Source of the DNA: Sandaracinaceae bacterium
GTDB lineage: Bacteria; Myxococcota_A; Polyangia; Polyangiales; Houyiibacteriaceae
DNA length: 46,817 bases
Direction: 5' to 3'
Assembly: GCA_012514415.1 (NCBI GenBank)
Contig: JAAZAH010000272.1
Coordinates: 1 to 46,817 of the forward strand
The notes under the pieces were generated by a model. It was given only the letters and a program-made list of their open reading frames with translations, was not told the DNA's origin and searched no databases. Below, one piece after another: positions 9,751-18,569 of this stretch (the first letter of the stretch is position 1; the number at the start of each line of letters is the position of its first letter). The position numbers and the translations under genes are program-made.

Positions 9751-9873
9751 ATTTCTCGAGGACTGCCTCGAGTTGCCATTGTCGTCTCACGCCTTTGCCG
9801 AAAATTGGACAACTCGCCAACGGATCGGGCTCTCTCGAGAGGGCCGCGATCCATCGCGGCAAAGAGAGTGACC

Positions 9874-11793
9874 ATGGCAGGCATCGAGCGACGCGATAGA
9901 CACAATCCAAGGGTTCGCTTGGGCGGACTTCCCATTGAGCTGGCTGAGGATGATCTCCCGGGCGGCTTTGAAGCGGACGCTCACGATCTCGGCGTTGGCG
10001 GTGTCGGTATACGTTCCGCGTTCCTCCCACGGATTGGAAGCCGTCTCCGTCTCCGTCTCGTGAGTCCAGAGGGTGGGCGGCCGATCGAAGCGCGCGGTGA
10101 GGTGGTTTGGCGCGACGACGCGGGACCGCACGAAGGCGCATTCGGGCTCCGCTTCGACGCGATGGACGGCGCCTCGGCCGAGGAAATCGCGCGGCTGATC
10201 GAGGTGCAGAGGAGTGGGAAGGGTGGACCGTCTCTCGAAGCGATCGAAGCGATCGAGCTCGAAGAGCCGCCGCACGCGGAGCCCTCATCCGAAGCGCCGG
10301 GTGAGATCGAGCAGACGCCACGAAGCGAAAACGTCGATCTTCACCTCGACGGTGTGGGCGAATCACTCGAAGCCCTCCTCGTCCATGACGGAGGTGATCT
10401 GGTCACTCTCGAGCAATCCCTCGACTTCCTTTCTCTTGGGCGTGGGGCCGCGCTGGGGGATGGGCGGCGCGGCGAGATCGCCGCGATCGAGCTCCGGGTC
10501 GACAACGGGCTTCCGCGTCTTGCAATCACCTTGAGCTTCGATGAAGCCTTCTCAGAAGGCAGCTCGCTCGAGGGTGCACATGCGAGCGATACCGCTCAGA
10601 GCGACGGCGTCGATGATGATTTCGTTGAAGCCTCACACGTCTTTGCGAAGGGCGTTCGCATCTCGAGCGCCGGCGAGCTCGAGGCCGTGATGGAGCCACT
10701 CTTCGAGGCCGAAGAAGCCGCCCGCGAGGCCGTGCGACTCGGCGAACCACTCGAGGCGGCGGCTCGTGTGGTGGGAGAGGCCTCAGGAGATACCTTCGGA
10801 GCGGCGGGCGACGAGGCGTTCGAGTCAGACAAGCCCGCCTCGGATCTCGGTTACGAACGTCAAGCGCGCCACGACGCGACCGGAGCCATCGAGCACGACG
10901 AGCGGCTCGATGCCGCAGAGGCCGCCTTCTTTGAGCAGCCCCGCTTCCAGGGCACCTACGTCGAGCGACCCCATGACCCGCTGATCGAAGAGCCCACCGG
11001 CGCGCTCGTCGAGCTCCGCCGCTTTGCTCTTCGCGCGAGGCTCGGCGCCGTCGAAGGCTATCGCCGCATGAAGCCCCACGTCGAGCGGCTCGCCACGAAG
11101 TTCGGTGCGCGCTCCTCGCGCATCCTCGGCACCACGTTCGACGCGATCATGGCATTTCTCCGCTCCATCGTCGTTCGGAGCCGCCATTTCACGCGTGCGT
11201 TCGTGACGCGCCTCCTCGATCGCTCCTCGCTCGAAGAGGCTGTGCCGCAAAACCGTCCACGAAGGCAGCAAAACGCTCCCGAGGTCCCTCTCGAGTCGCG
11301 CAAAAAATCGAGGACTCAGCTTATCGTTGCACTCGGCGCCCTTCTTGGGCTTGTCGCTGCTTTCGGTTGGCTCGTCACCGGCGTGAAGGGGCGCGAAGCG
11401 GATGAGTCGCTCCCCAGCGCGGCGGAGAGCGCTCCGGAAAATGAAGTTGCGGGAAGTGCCCTTCAGCTTCCGCCGTCTCCCGGGATCGACTCGAGCGTCG
11501 CCTACGGAGCGGAAAACATCCCGAGCGCGATGATCTTCGAGCTGACTCTCGAAGGCGAGCCCCTTACGATTCGCGGCGAGCCATTTGCCGAGGGCGTCCG
11601 CGTGCATATTCCGGATGCGCGCGCGCTGAGCCGGGCCGGCGTCATCGCTGCGAATCATCCAGACATCGAGTACGCGTCCATTCGCAACCTCGAGGATGGC
11701 GCCGAGCTCGAACTTCGCTTTGTTCCGGGGCGCGAGCCGGCTTATCGCGTTGAGCTTCGCGGCCTCACGCTCCGCGTCGCGCTTTCTCCCTAA
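9874..11793 (+). CDS. PilZ domain protein with an acidic linker, one TM helix and a C-terminal beta-rich (AMIN-like?) domain
   Basis: This is the in-frame ATG at 9874 inside the 1033-aa ORF; the upstream part of that ORF is antisense to the FHA gene. PilZ-like elements are RHNPR ... DLGVGGVGI ... RGEVVWRDD. The TM helix is LIVALGALLGLVAAFGWLVTGV. Confidence 0.7.
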   Translation: MAGIERRDRHNPRVRLGGLPIELAEDDLPGGFEADAHDLGVGGVGIRSAFLPRIGSRLRLRLVSPEGGRPIEARGEVVWRDDAGPHEGAFGLRFDAMDGASAEEIARLIEVQRSGKGGPSLEAIEAIELEEPPHAEPSSEAPGEIEQTPRSENVDLHLDGVGESLEALLVHDGGDLVTLEQSLDFLSLGRGAALGDGRRGEIAAIELRVDNGLPRLAITLSFDEAFSEGSSLEGAHASDTAQSDGVDDDFVEASHVFAKGVRISSAGELEAVMEPLFEAEEAAREAVRLGEPLEAAARVVGEASGDTFGAAGDEAFESDKPASDLGYERQARHDATGAIEHDERLDAAEAAFFEQPRFQGTYVERPHDPLIEEPTGALVELRRFALRARLGAVEGYRRMKPHVERLATKFGARSSRILGTTFDAIMAFLRSIVVRSRHFTRAFVTRLLDRSSLEEAVPQNRPRRQQNAPEVPLESRKKSRTQLIVALGALLGLVAAFGWLVTGVKGREADESLPSAAESAPENEVAGSALQLPPSPGIDSSVAYGAENIPSAMIFELTLEGEPLTIRGEPFAEGVRVHIPDARALSRAGVIAANHPDIEYASIRNLEDGAELELRFVPGREPAYRVELRGLTLRVALSP

Positions 11794-11823
11794 GACCCGG
11801 TGCCGGTGTTCGGGACGCCGGGT

Positions 11824-13788
11824 TCAGCGCCCGGGGCTCTTCTCGTCCTCAGACGCCCTCTCGATATCGAGGATGCGCTGTTCTCCGACGTAATCCTTGG
11901 TCTCGTAGCGGGTAAGCGTCCCGATCTTCTTGACGATCTCTGCCATCCGCTCCACTTCGGATGAGATGATCTTGGTCACTCGTTCGAGACGAGGATCGTT
12001 CGAGGCGGGGCTCCGTTTGAGAAGCTCGGCGCAGGCGAGGATGCTGGTGAGCGGCTGATTGAGCTCATGTGCGGCCGCCCCCGCAATCTCGGCAACGAGC
12101 GCGTGACGTTCGCTCATCTCGAGCTTTGCCTGAGCCTCAGCGAGGTGTTTTTCGGCTTCCATCTTTTCGCGAAGGTCCGTAAAAACGCCGAAGGTGGCCA
12201 CGGGTTCGCGCCCCTCGTAAATCATGGCGGCTGAAAGTTGAATCGGGATCACATCGCCCTGAACATCGACCGCCTCCATGATCGTCGGCTCGAGGCGGCC
12301 CTCACCCCCATAATGCGGTGAACGAAGGCGGCGCATCACCTCTCGCGCTCCGCCCTCGGTGTAGAGCTGCTCGATATTCATCGTCCCGATCACTTCATCC
12401 GCTTGGTAGCCGTAGATTTTTTCTGCGGCGGGGTTGAAGAGGACGATCGTTCCCGACATGTCGGCGGCGATGATTCCGTCAACGGACGCTTCGACGAGGC
12501 TTTCAAGAAAGCCCATGGTCTTGATGAGATCGGCCTCGACCCGTCGCTGCTCGGTCACGTCCATTAGCGAGACGATCACTGTCCCCTCTTCTTCCGGAAG
12601 CGGAGCGAACGAGCAGCTGCAGACGACCGGATCCTCGATGCCGCGAGGCACAAGGCGGATGTCGATCCCGCGCGGATACTCCCCCCGGCGAAAACTTCGC
12701 CAGAGTTCTCGCGCTCGCTGTCGATCGTCCGGGTGGACGAGGAAACTCACATCCTGCCCCGGTCCGGTGCGCTCGTTCAGCCCCGAGATCTCCATGGCGC
12801 GGCGGTTCCCGAAAATCAGCCGACCTTGTGAATCGATGCACGCGATCCCCTCGGCCGCATTTTCGTAGAGGCTTGCGAATCGCGCTGTTTCGCGGAGCTT
12901 CCTCTCGGCTTCATAGCGTTCCGTCGAAACCTGTTGGTTGCGATCGCGCAGCTGATTGAACGCCCTGGAGCTCCGAAGTGCGCCGGCGAGGGCCGTAGCG
13001 ATGCTCGAGCAGAGCCGGACGAGTCGGGTGCTCGCAGGCGAGGGGGCTCGTGAACGCAGCGCGAGCGCGCCAAGCGTCCGCTTCTCGGCGATTAAAGGAA
13101 AGAGATGCATCGAGCGGTAATGGAACATCCCACCGAAAGCGTCGTCCGTGCCCTCGAAGAGCGGATGCGATTCGGTATCGTCGATGAGGACTGGCGCGTT
13201 GGTCTCGATGAGCTGGCGGAGCTCGGGATAGCGGGCAAGATCGAGGACGAGGTTTTGGAGATCGCGATTGTCGCTCGAGGCGAGGATGTAGCCGACGCGC
13301 GCGGCCATTGCGGAAGGGATGGCGATGATGGAGACACGCTCGGCGCTCGATGCATTGGCCAGCCGGTGAGCGACGGTAAAGAGGACCTCGCTCACGTCGA
13401 GCGCGCTCGCAATAAGCTCATTGATCTCCACGAGCGAGCGATGATCCGCCCGTTCCTCCTGAAGCCTCGTTTCGAGATCGATCGCCCGGACGATGAGCGC
13501 GAGCTGTTGAGTGAACTCGCGCTCGGGAGAACTGAAGCGCAGCACCTCCGGTCCGAGCGCGGATTCTGCGCGCGCGAGGATGGCGCGCTCGTCCGTGACG
13601 ACGAGCGCAATATCTTCGCGCTTCTTTGTCGTGATGAAGGCCTCGAGTTCGCGGGCGTCGTGGATTGCGTGCAACCGCAGGCTCGCTCTCGGTTCGATCG
13701 AGAAACCTCTCGCGATCAGTTCGGCGCTGAGCGAGTCCCTCGCATCGGGTTTCGCGATGAGGGCGAAGCTGGGGAAAGAGACTTTCAT
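11824..13788 (-). CDS. Multi-sensor histidine kinase-like protein (receiver-like N-terminus, GAF, 2x PAS, HisKA/DHp) lacking an HATPase_c domain
   Basis: 654 aa. The H-box AAHELNQPLTSI sits near the C-terminus and is followed by only about 65 residues. I see no N/G1/F/G2 ATP-binding boxes. PAS-like segments include AAEGIACIDSQGRLIFGN and SVDGIIAADMSGTIVLFN. Confidence 0.8.
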   Translation of the reverse strand: MKVSFPSFALIAKPDARDSLSAELIARGFSIEPRASLRLHAIHDARELEAFITTKKREDIALVVTDERAILARAESALGPEVLRFSSPEREFTQQLALIVRAIDLETRLQEERADHRSLVEINELIASALDVSEVLFTVAHRLANASSAERVSIIAIPSAMAARVGYILASSDNRDLQNLVLDLARYPELRQLIETNAPVLIDDTESHPLFEGTDDAFGGMFHYRSMHLFPLIAEKRTLGALALRSRAPSPASTRLVRLCSSIATALAGALRSSRAFNQLRDRNQQVSTERYEAERKLRETARFASLYENAAEGIACIDSQGRLIFGNRRAMEISGLNERTGPGQDVSFLVHPDDRQRARELWRSFRRGEYPRGIDIRLVPRGIEDPVVCSCSFAPLPEEEGTVIVSLMDVTEQRRVEADLIKTMGFLESLVEASVDGIIAADMSGTIVLFNPAAEKIYGYQADEVIGTMNIEQLYTEGGAREVMRRLRSPHYGGEGRLEPTIMEAVDVQGDVIPIQLSAAMIYEGREPVATFGVFTDLREKMEAEKHLAEAQAKLEMSERHALVAEIAGAAAHELNQPLTSILACAELLKRSPASNDPRLERVTKIISSEVERMAEIVKKIGTLTRYETKDYVGEQRILDIERASEDEKSPGR

Positions 13789-13856
13789 GCGTCGACCTCA
13801 TGAGGATACCCAATCGCCATGCTGCCCCGCGATGAAATTTTTGTAGAGGCATCCGG

Positions 13857-14708
13857 ATGCCCTCGATCGGGGCGCGAGCTATGCTGCGCCGAATGCGTGC
13901 CCCCATCGGCGTCTTTGATTCTGGCCTCGGCGGCCTCACGGTCGTCAGGGCGATCCGAGCGGCGCTCCCCGACGAGGACATTGTCTATCTCGGCGATACG
14001 GCGCGGGTGCCCTACGGGACGCGAAGTCCGGAGACTGTGGTTCGATATGCTGCCTCATGCGCTCGAGCCCTTCTTCGACACGACGTAAAGCTTCTGGTCG
14101 TCGCGTGCAATACCGTGAGCGCGGTCGCTCTTCCCGAGCTTGCCTCGCGCTTCGGCATCCCCGTCATCGGCGTGATCGAGGCCGGCGCAAAGGCTGGCGC
14201 GGGCATCAGCCAGGGTGGGCGCATCGGCGTTCTCGCGACCGCGGGCACTGTCGCTTCGGGCGCGTATGAGCGCGCGATCCATGCCCTCAACCCGAGGCTC
14301 GAGGTCGTCGCCGTCCCGGCTCCGCTCTTTGTGCCGCTCGCCGAGGAGGGCTGGACCGAAGGCGCGATCCCCGAGGGCATCGCCGACCGCTATCTCGGAC
14401 CACTCATCGAAGCGCAGGTCGATAGCATCATCCTGGGCTGCACTCACTACCCACTCCTTCGTACAACCATCGAACGCGTTCTCAGCCGATCCGCCGCGCC
14501 CGCCCAGGTCGTCGATAGCGCTGAGGCGCTCGCCGCCGATCTTCGATTGGTGCTTGACGAATATTCCCTCCGTTTCAGCCGCCGGGATCGCAGCGGACAG
14601 CTGCGCGTCTACGTCACCGATCAGCCGCGCTCGTTTCGCGATGTGGCGAATCGTTTCCTTGGCGCCTCCCTTGGCGATTTCCCGGTCGAGGCCATCGACC
14701 TCGAATAA
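13857..14708 (+). CDS. murI: Glutamate racemase
   Basis: Motifs IGVFDSGLGGLTVV, VVACNTVS and LGCTHYPLL. An alternative start MRAPIG lies at 13893. Confidence 0.9.
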   Translation: MPSIGARAMLRRMRAPIGVFDSGLGGLTVVRAIRAALPDEDIVYLGDTARVPYGTRSPETVVRYAASCARALLRHDVKLLVVACNTVSAVALPELASRFGIPVIGVIEAGAKAGAGISQGGRIGVLATAGTVASGAYERAIHALNPRLEVVAVPAPLFVPLAEEGWTEGAIPEGIADRYLGPLIEAQVDSIILGCTHYPLLRTTIERVLSRSAAPAQVVDSAEALAADLRLVLDEYSLRFSRRDRSGQLRVYVTDQPRSFRDVANRFLGASLGDFPVEAIDLE

Positions 14709-14723
14709 ACTTGGCCACGGAAG

Positions 14724-15767
14724 GTGAAGCGCTTACCTTCGTCGTCGTCCATGATCTTACGCACCGAAATCGTCGAACAAACCGTCAACGGTGAGGAGCG
14801 CGTCGAGCTCGTCAAAGAGATCGTGATGACGCCGTCCCAGCAGCTTGGGATGGTCCGAAAGCGCCTCCCGCCGCCCCACGAGTCCAAAGGAACCGTCCTC
14901 CTTGTGCACGGTTTCGCGCAAAATCGATATACATGGCATCTCGAAGGCCGCTCATTTTCAGCATATCTTGCGCGCGAGGGTTACGACGTCTTCACGGTCG
15001 ATCTACGCGGTCATGGGCGTTCGCGTCGGTACAGTGATGCCCTCCCTCGGACGGTCGATGAATACGTTCAAGAGGACATTCCGATCGTTGTCCGCGAGGC
15101 GCTCCGCATCAGCGGCGCCGAAAAGGGCTTCCTCATCGGGCATTCGATGGGCGGGATGATCAGCTATGCCGCCGCGCCTGCGCTCCGTGATCAGCTACGG
15201 GGGGTCGTCAGCATCGGTTCACCGTTTCGCTTTGGCCTCGGGAACGCATTTCTACGCAACCTCGCCAAGATCCTCGCCACCATCCGTTTTACCGGAATTT
15301 TCGACAAAAACCCGCGCCTCCCGACGCATCTTTTTGGCCGACATGTCCTCGGCGGATTCCGCTCCGTCTTCGATCTCCCTGCGTTCCCGGCCTCGGCCCA
15401 AGGGTGGAAACCTGGCTCGATGGAGCCCGAGCTTCTTCGCGAATACCTCGGCAAATCCTTCGAGGCCACCGCAGTTCAGATCCTCTTCGATATCTTCTCG
15501 GGAGCCGATCGAGTGACCTACGGAGCGCCCGATGGAAGGGTCGATTACGGGATCGCCTTCGAATCGCTTGACCTCCCCCTTCTTGTGATCGCCGGGACAG
15601 AGGACAGCCTCGCTCCCCCAGCGTCGGTCAAAGAAGCGTATCGGATGAGTGGATCGCGCGATAAGACCTATCGCGAGTTTCCGGCTGGACACATCGATCT
15701 CGTTCATGGACGCGAAGCGCCCCAAACCGTCTGGCCGCTCATCCGCGATTGGCTCGATCGACATTGA
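14724..15767 (+). CDS. Alpha/beta-fold serine hydrolase
   Basis: 347 aa. It has the nucleophile elbow GHSMGG, an HG oxyanion motif (LLVHGF) and a C-terminal His region (AGHIDLV). The ORF starts at a GTG; an alternative ATG lies at 14751. Confidence 0.75.
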   Translation: MKRLPSSSSMILRTEIVEQTVNGEERVELVKEIVMTPSQQLGMVRKRLPPPHESKGTVLLVHGFAQNRYTWHLEGRSFSAYLAREGYDVFTVDLRGHGRSRRYSDALPRTVDEYVQEDIPIVVREALRISGAEKGFLIGHSMGGMISYAAAPALRDQLRGVVSIGSPFRFGLGNAFLRNLAKILATIRFTGIFDKNPRLPTHLFGRHVLGGFRSVFDLPAFPASAQGWKPGSMEPELLREYLGKSFEATAVQILFDIFSGADRVTYGAPDGRVDYGIAFESLDLPLLVIAGTEDSLAPPASVKEAYRMSGSRDKTYREFPAGHIDLVHGREAPQTVWPLIRDWLDRH

Positions 15768-15796
15768 CGGGCATTCGAGCGTCATGATCCACAAAG

Positions 15797-15858
15797 AAAA
15801 AGGCCCCCGCAGCGACGATCGATGCAGAGGCCGATTCGGTGGAGCCCTCAGCGGGGCT
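15797..15858 (-). terminator. Possible intrinsic terminator of the phasin-like gene
   Basis: On the minus strand, GCCCCGC (15857-15851) pairs with GCGGGGGC (15810-15803) around a large, internally paired loop. A T5 run follows (complement of 15797-15801). The long loop makes this call uncertain. Confidence 0.35.
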
Positions 15859-15883
15859 TCTCAGCCGCGCCGGATGAGCGAGC

Positions 15884-16180
15884 TTATTCCTTAGCGGCAG
15901 CCGCCTTTTTCGCGGCATCAAGCTCGGCCTTGGTGCGCTGAAGCTCGCGTTCCATCTTCTTGAGGTTGCGCTTCAGCTCCTTGAGCTCGTTCTTCGTGAC
16001 GATATTGAGGCTCTCGGCGACCTCTTCGACGCGCTGCTCAAAGACGTCCTGCGCCTGCTGGCGCACCTGGATCGCCTTCATCATCGCCTTGGTGAAGCGC
16101 TCGTCCTGCATCAGCGCTTGGGTCCGAGGATCCGAGAGGACTTTCACGCTCGTCTGCTTGAGAAAGGATTTTAGGGCCAT
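15884..16180 (-). CDS. Small coiled-coil protein, phasin-like
   Basis: 98 aa, Lys/Glu-rich and helical (NELKELKRNLKKMERELQRTKAELDAAKKAAAAKE). The phasin assignment is tentative. Confidence 0.6.
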   Translation of the reverse strand: MALKSFLKQTSVKVLSDPRTQALMQDERFTKAMMKAIQVRQQAQDVFEQRVEEVAESLNIVTKNELKELKRNLKKMERELQRTKAELDAAKKAAAAKE

Positions 16181-16190
16181 CGTATTCTCC

Positions 16191-17369
16191 TCAATTCACG
16201 CTTCGCGTGACGCCTTCCTTGGCCAAAGCTTCGATCTCCTCGTCGGAGAAGCCGTTCTCGCGAAGGATGGTGGCGGTGTCCATGCCTTGTTTCGGCGCGA
16301 TGCCCTCGGCAGCGGGAGCGACCGGTGTGCGCGCCATGATGAGCTCTCCGCCCTTATGGCTCTTTCGCTTCGCGAAGACCCCGCGGGCGACATGCTGCGG
16401 ATCCTCGAGAAGATCCTTCGGCCCGAGGACCGGCTCAAGGCAGCAATCGTGCTCTCTGGCGAAGGCTTCCCATTCGGCGTTGGTGCGCGAAAGGAAAAGC
16501 TCAGAGACCTTGCGGTGCCATTCCTCTTGGTGAGGACCGGGCATCAACACGGAGGGATCGAAGTTCAGGCCGTTGCCCTCACAAAACGCCTTCCAGAACT
16601 TGGGCTCAAGCGCGCCGAGGCTCACCGCGCCGTCCTTGGTGCGGTACGTCCGGTAGTTGGCGATGGCGCCCATCAACATGCCGCCGCCAGCCGGAAGGTC
16701 GAGCCCACCATAGGCGCAGGCAAGGCCGAAGAGGGAGAACGAGACCGCGGCTTCGGTCATCGAGATATCGACGAAACGCCCCTCACCGGTCCGCTGACGA
16801 TATTGAAGCGCCGCGAGGATGCCGATCGCCGCGAAGAGGCCGCCACCGATATCACCGACCTGCACGCCGGGAGTCTGAGGAGGGCCGCCGAGCGGACCCG
16901 TGATCCCCAGCGCTCCGCCGCGCGCGACGTAGTTGATGTCGTGTCCGGCGCGATGGCGAAGGGGGCCGTCCTGCCCATAGCCGGTGATGGCGCAATAAAC
17001 CAGTCCCGGGTTGACCGCTCGGAGCGTCTCATAGCCGAGCCCGAGGCGATCCATGACGCCCGGGCGGTTGCTCTCGATGAGGACGTCATACTTCGGAATG
17101 AGCTTGAGGAAGACCTCGCGACCTTTTTCGCTCTTTAGGTCGAGCGCGATGCTTCGCTTGCCGCGGTTCAGCCAGTGGAACATCGCCCCCATGCCATCGT
17201 CGGCGAGGGGATAGGTCGGGCGCGCGCCATCGCCCAGCCCGGTGTCTTCGAGTTTATCGACCTGCGCCCCGAGATCGCGGAGCACCATGGAGCAAAAAGG
17301 CGCAGGCAGGAGGCGCGAAAGATCGAGGACCTTCAGCCCCTCAAGGGATCGGTTTTCGTTTTGGTTCAT
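16191..17369 (-). CDS. Family III CoA-transferase (CaiB/BaiF, alpha-methylacyl-CoA racemase-like)
   Basis: 392 aa. The N-terminus LEGLKVLDLSRLLPAPFCSMVLRDLGAQV is typical of the family, and the size fits. Confidence 0.85.
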   Translation of the reverse strand: MNQNENRSLEGLKVLDLSRLLPAPFCSMVLRDLGAQVDKLEDTGLGDGARPTYPLADDGMGAMFHWLNRGKRSIALDLKSEKGREVFLKLIPKYDVLIESNRPGVMDRLGLGYETLRAVNPGLVYCAITGYGQDGPLRHRAGHDINYVARGGALGITGPLGGPPQTPGVQVGDIGGGLFAAIGILAALQYRQRTGEGRFVDISMTEAAVSFSLFGLACAYGGLDLPAGGGMLMGAIANYRTYRTKDGAVSLGALEPKFWKAFCEGNGLNFDPSVLMPGPHQEEWHRKVSELFLSRTNAEWEAFAREHDCCLEPVLGPKDLLEDPQHVARGVFAKRKSHKGGELIMARTPVAPAAEGIAPKQGMDTATILRENGFSDEEIEALAKEGVTRSVN

Positions 17370-17376
17370 ATCTTCC

Positions 17377-17700
17377 TCAAGCGATCACGGCTTGCAATCT
17401 GGTCGCGAGCATGGCGTTTCCTGTCACCTTCAGCTCGCCCTGAAAGAAGAGTTGCATCGCGCTGGCTGGCGAGTCGCTCAGCTTTTTCCACGTCTCGCTA
17501 CTGCATTCGATGATGCACTCCGCGTCCTCGCGCTCCCCTTCGTAGACACCGGGCTCGTTCTTGAGGTCGACGGTCCATGTGCCGCCTCCCTCTCCCTCGA
17601 TGCGAAAAACGAAGACGGCGCCCACGGAGCGTGCACGCTCGGGAGAGCGCGCGATATTCGCGGGGATGGTCTCGGTGAATGAGGTTTGGGCGTCGGGCAT
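17377..17700 (-). CDS. SCP2 sterol-carrier-like domain protein
   Basis: 107 aa. Motifs FVFRIEGEGGGTWTVDLK and LFFQGELKVTGNAMLATRL match the SCP2 pattern. It ends 7 nt upstream of the CoA-transferase start. Confidence 0.8.
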   Translation of the reverse strand: MPDAQTSFTETIPANIARSPERARSVGAVFVFRIEGEGGGTWTVDLKNEPGVYEGEREDAECIIECSSETWKKLSDSPASAMQLFFQGELKVTGNAMLATRLQAVIA

Positions 17701-17797
17701 CTTGGGCTCCTTGGCCTTTTCTGATCGGCTGAGATCGTTCGGGGTACTGCTGTATACGCGATCTTCGCGCGTAGCGCTCTACGACACCAGCCTCGCG

Positions 17798-18343
17798 TTA
17801 TTCCTCGAGATCTTCGAGGTCGGAGGCTAGGTAGCTGAGTATGACTTCGTCGAGCGATTTCTCACTGAGAAGATCGCTGCCAAAGATCGACTCGACAGGG
17901 CGAGGTTGGCGCTTCGGTGGGATGGAGCTGCTCGCAGGTTGCGGCGTCGAGTATTTGCGTTCGCGTCGAGGCTTTTCGGCGACGATTCGCTCAGCGGCGG
18001 CGTCGAGGCCCGCGAGATCGGGCTCGGGTGTGGGAGCGGCTTCCGCGGCAGGTGCCTCTTCGCCCGGCTCGTCATACAGGCCGTCACGCAGGCCGATGAA
18101 CATCGCCTTATGTTGCTCCCGCATCATCATCTTGACGTGCTCGCGGTAGTCGGGATTGCCGAGCTGATCCGCATAGGAGGTCTTTTTGGTTGCGACGATG
18201 CGGCCACCATCCGCGAATAGGTGCGTGATGATGTGCGGGTGGTTCACACCCGAGTCTTCGGTCTGAATATGATAAAGTCTGCCTTTATGCCGGACGTTGG
18301 TGTTGTAGCCCAGCAGAGGCGACGGTCCCGCTGCCATCCTCAA
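17798..18343 (-). CDS. Hypothetical protein with a compact N-terminal domain, a disordered linker and an acidic tail
   Basis: 181 aa. N-terminus is LLGYNTNVRHKGRLYHIQTEDSGVNHPHIITHLF. A P/A/E-rich linker follows, and the C-terminus is DEVILSYLASDLEDLEE. Confidence 0.6.
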   Translation of the reverse strand: MRMAAGPSPLLGYNTNVRHKGRLYHIQTEDSGVNHPHIITHLFADGGRIVATKKTSYADQLGNPDYREHVKMMMREQHKAMFIGLRDGLYDEPGEEAPAAEAAPTPEPDLAGLDAAAERIVAEKPRRERKYSTPQPASSSIPPKRQPRPVESIFGSDLLSEKSLDEVILSYLASDLEDLEE

Positions 18344-18569
18344 TAGAATACCCGATTCCGCGCAGAACGAAAGAGAGAAGAGCTCGGGGTCGATGCAGGC
18401 GCGTGATATTGCGGCGGAATTGCCTGAAAATATGGCCGTCTACGGCGATCGCGACCCGCCCCCCGAGAGCTCCTTCCCTTGCGATGCCGAAGAATTCATC
18501 GGTATTTCGCGCGCGCCTTGCTAGAGTCTGCCGCGCCCCACTCCGAAATCTCGTCGCGTACACCGGGTC

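Noticed and set aside
8692-9873. N-terminal 394 codons of the 1033-aa plus-strand ORF
   Set aside because: This part lies antisense to the well-supported FHA gene and has no recognisable domain. It is typical of GC-rich shadow frames. The PilZ-containing product plausibly starts at ATG 9874, after the FHA start.
15960-17138. 392-aa plus ORF, with similar long antisense ORFs at 21034-22191, 41933-43015, 43441-45135, 2885-3874 and 3868-4671
   Set aside because: Each lies opposite a gene with strong family motifs. Their products are Arg/Ala/Pro/Ser-rich, as expected for out-of-frame or antisense reading of GC3-biased genes.
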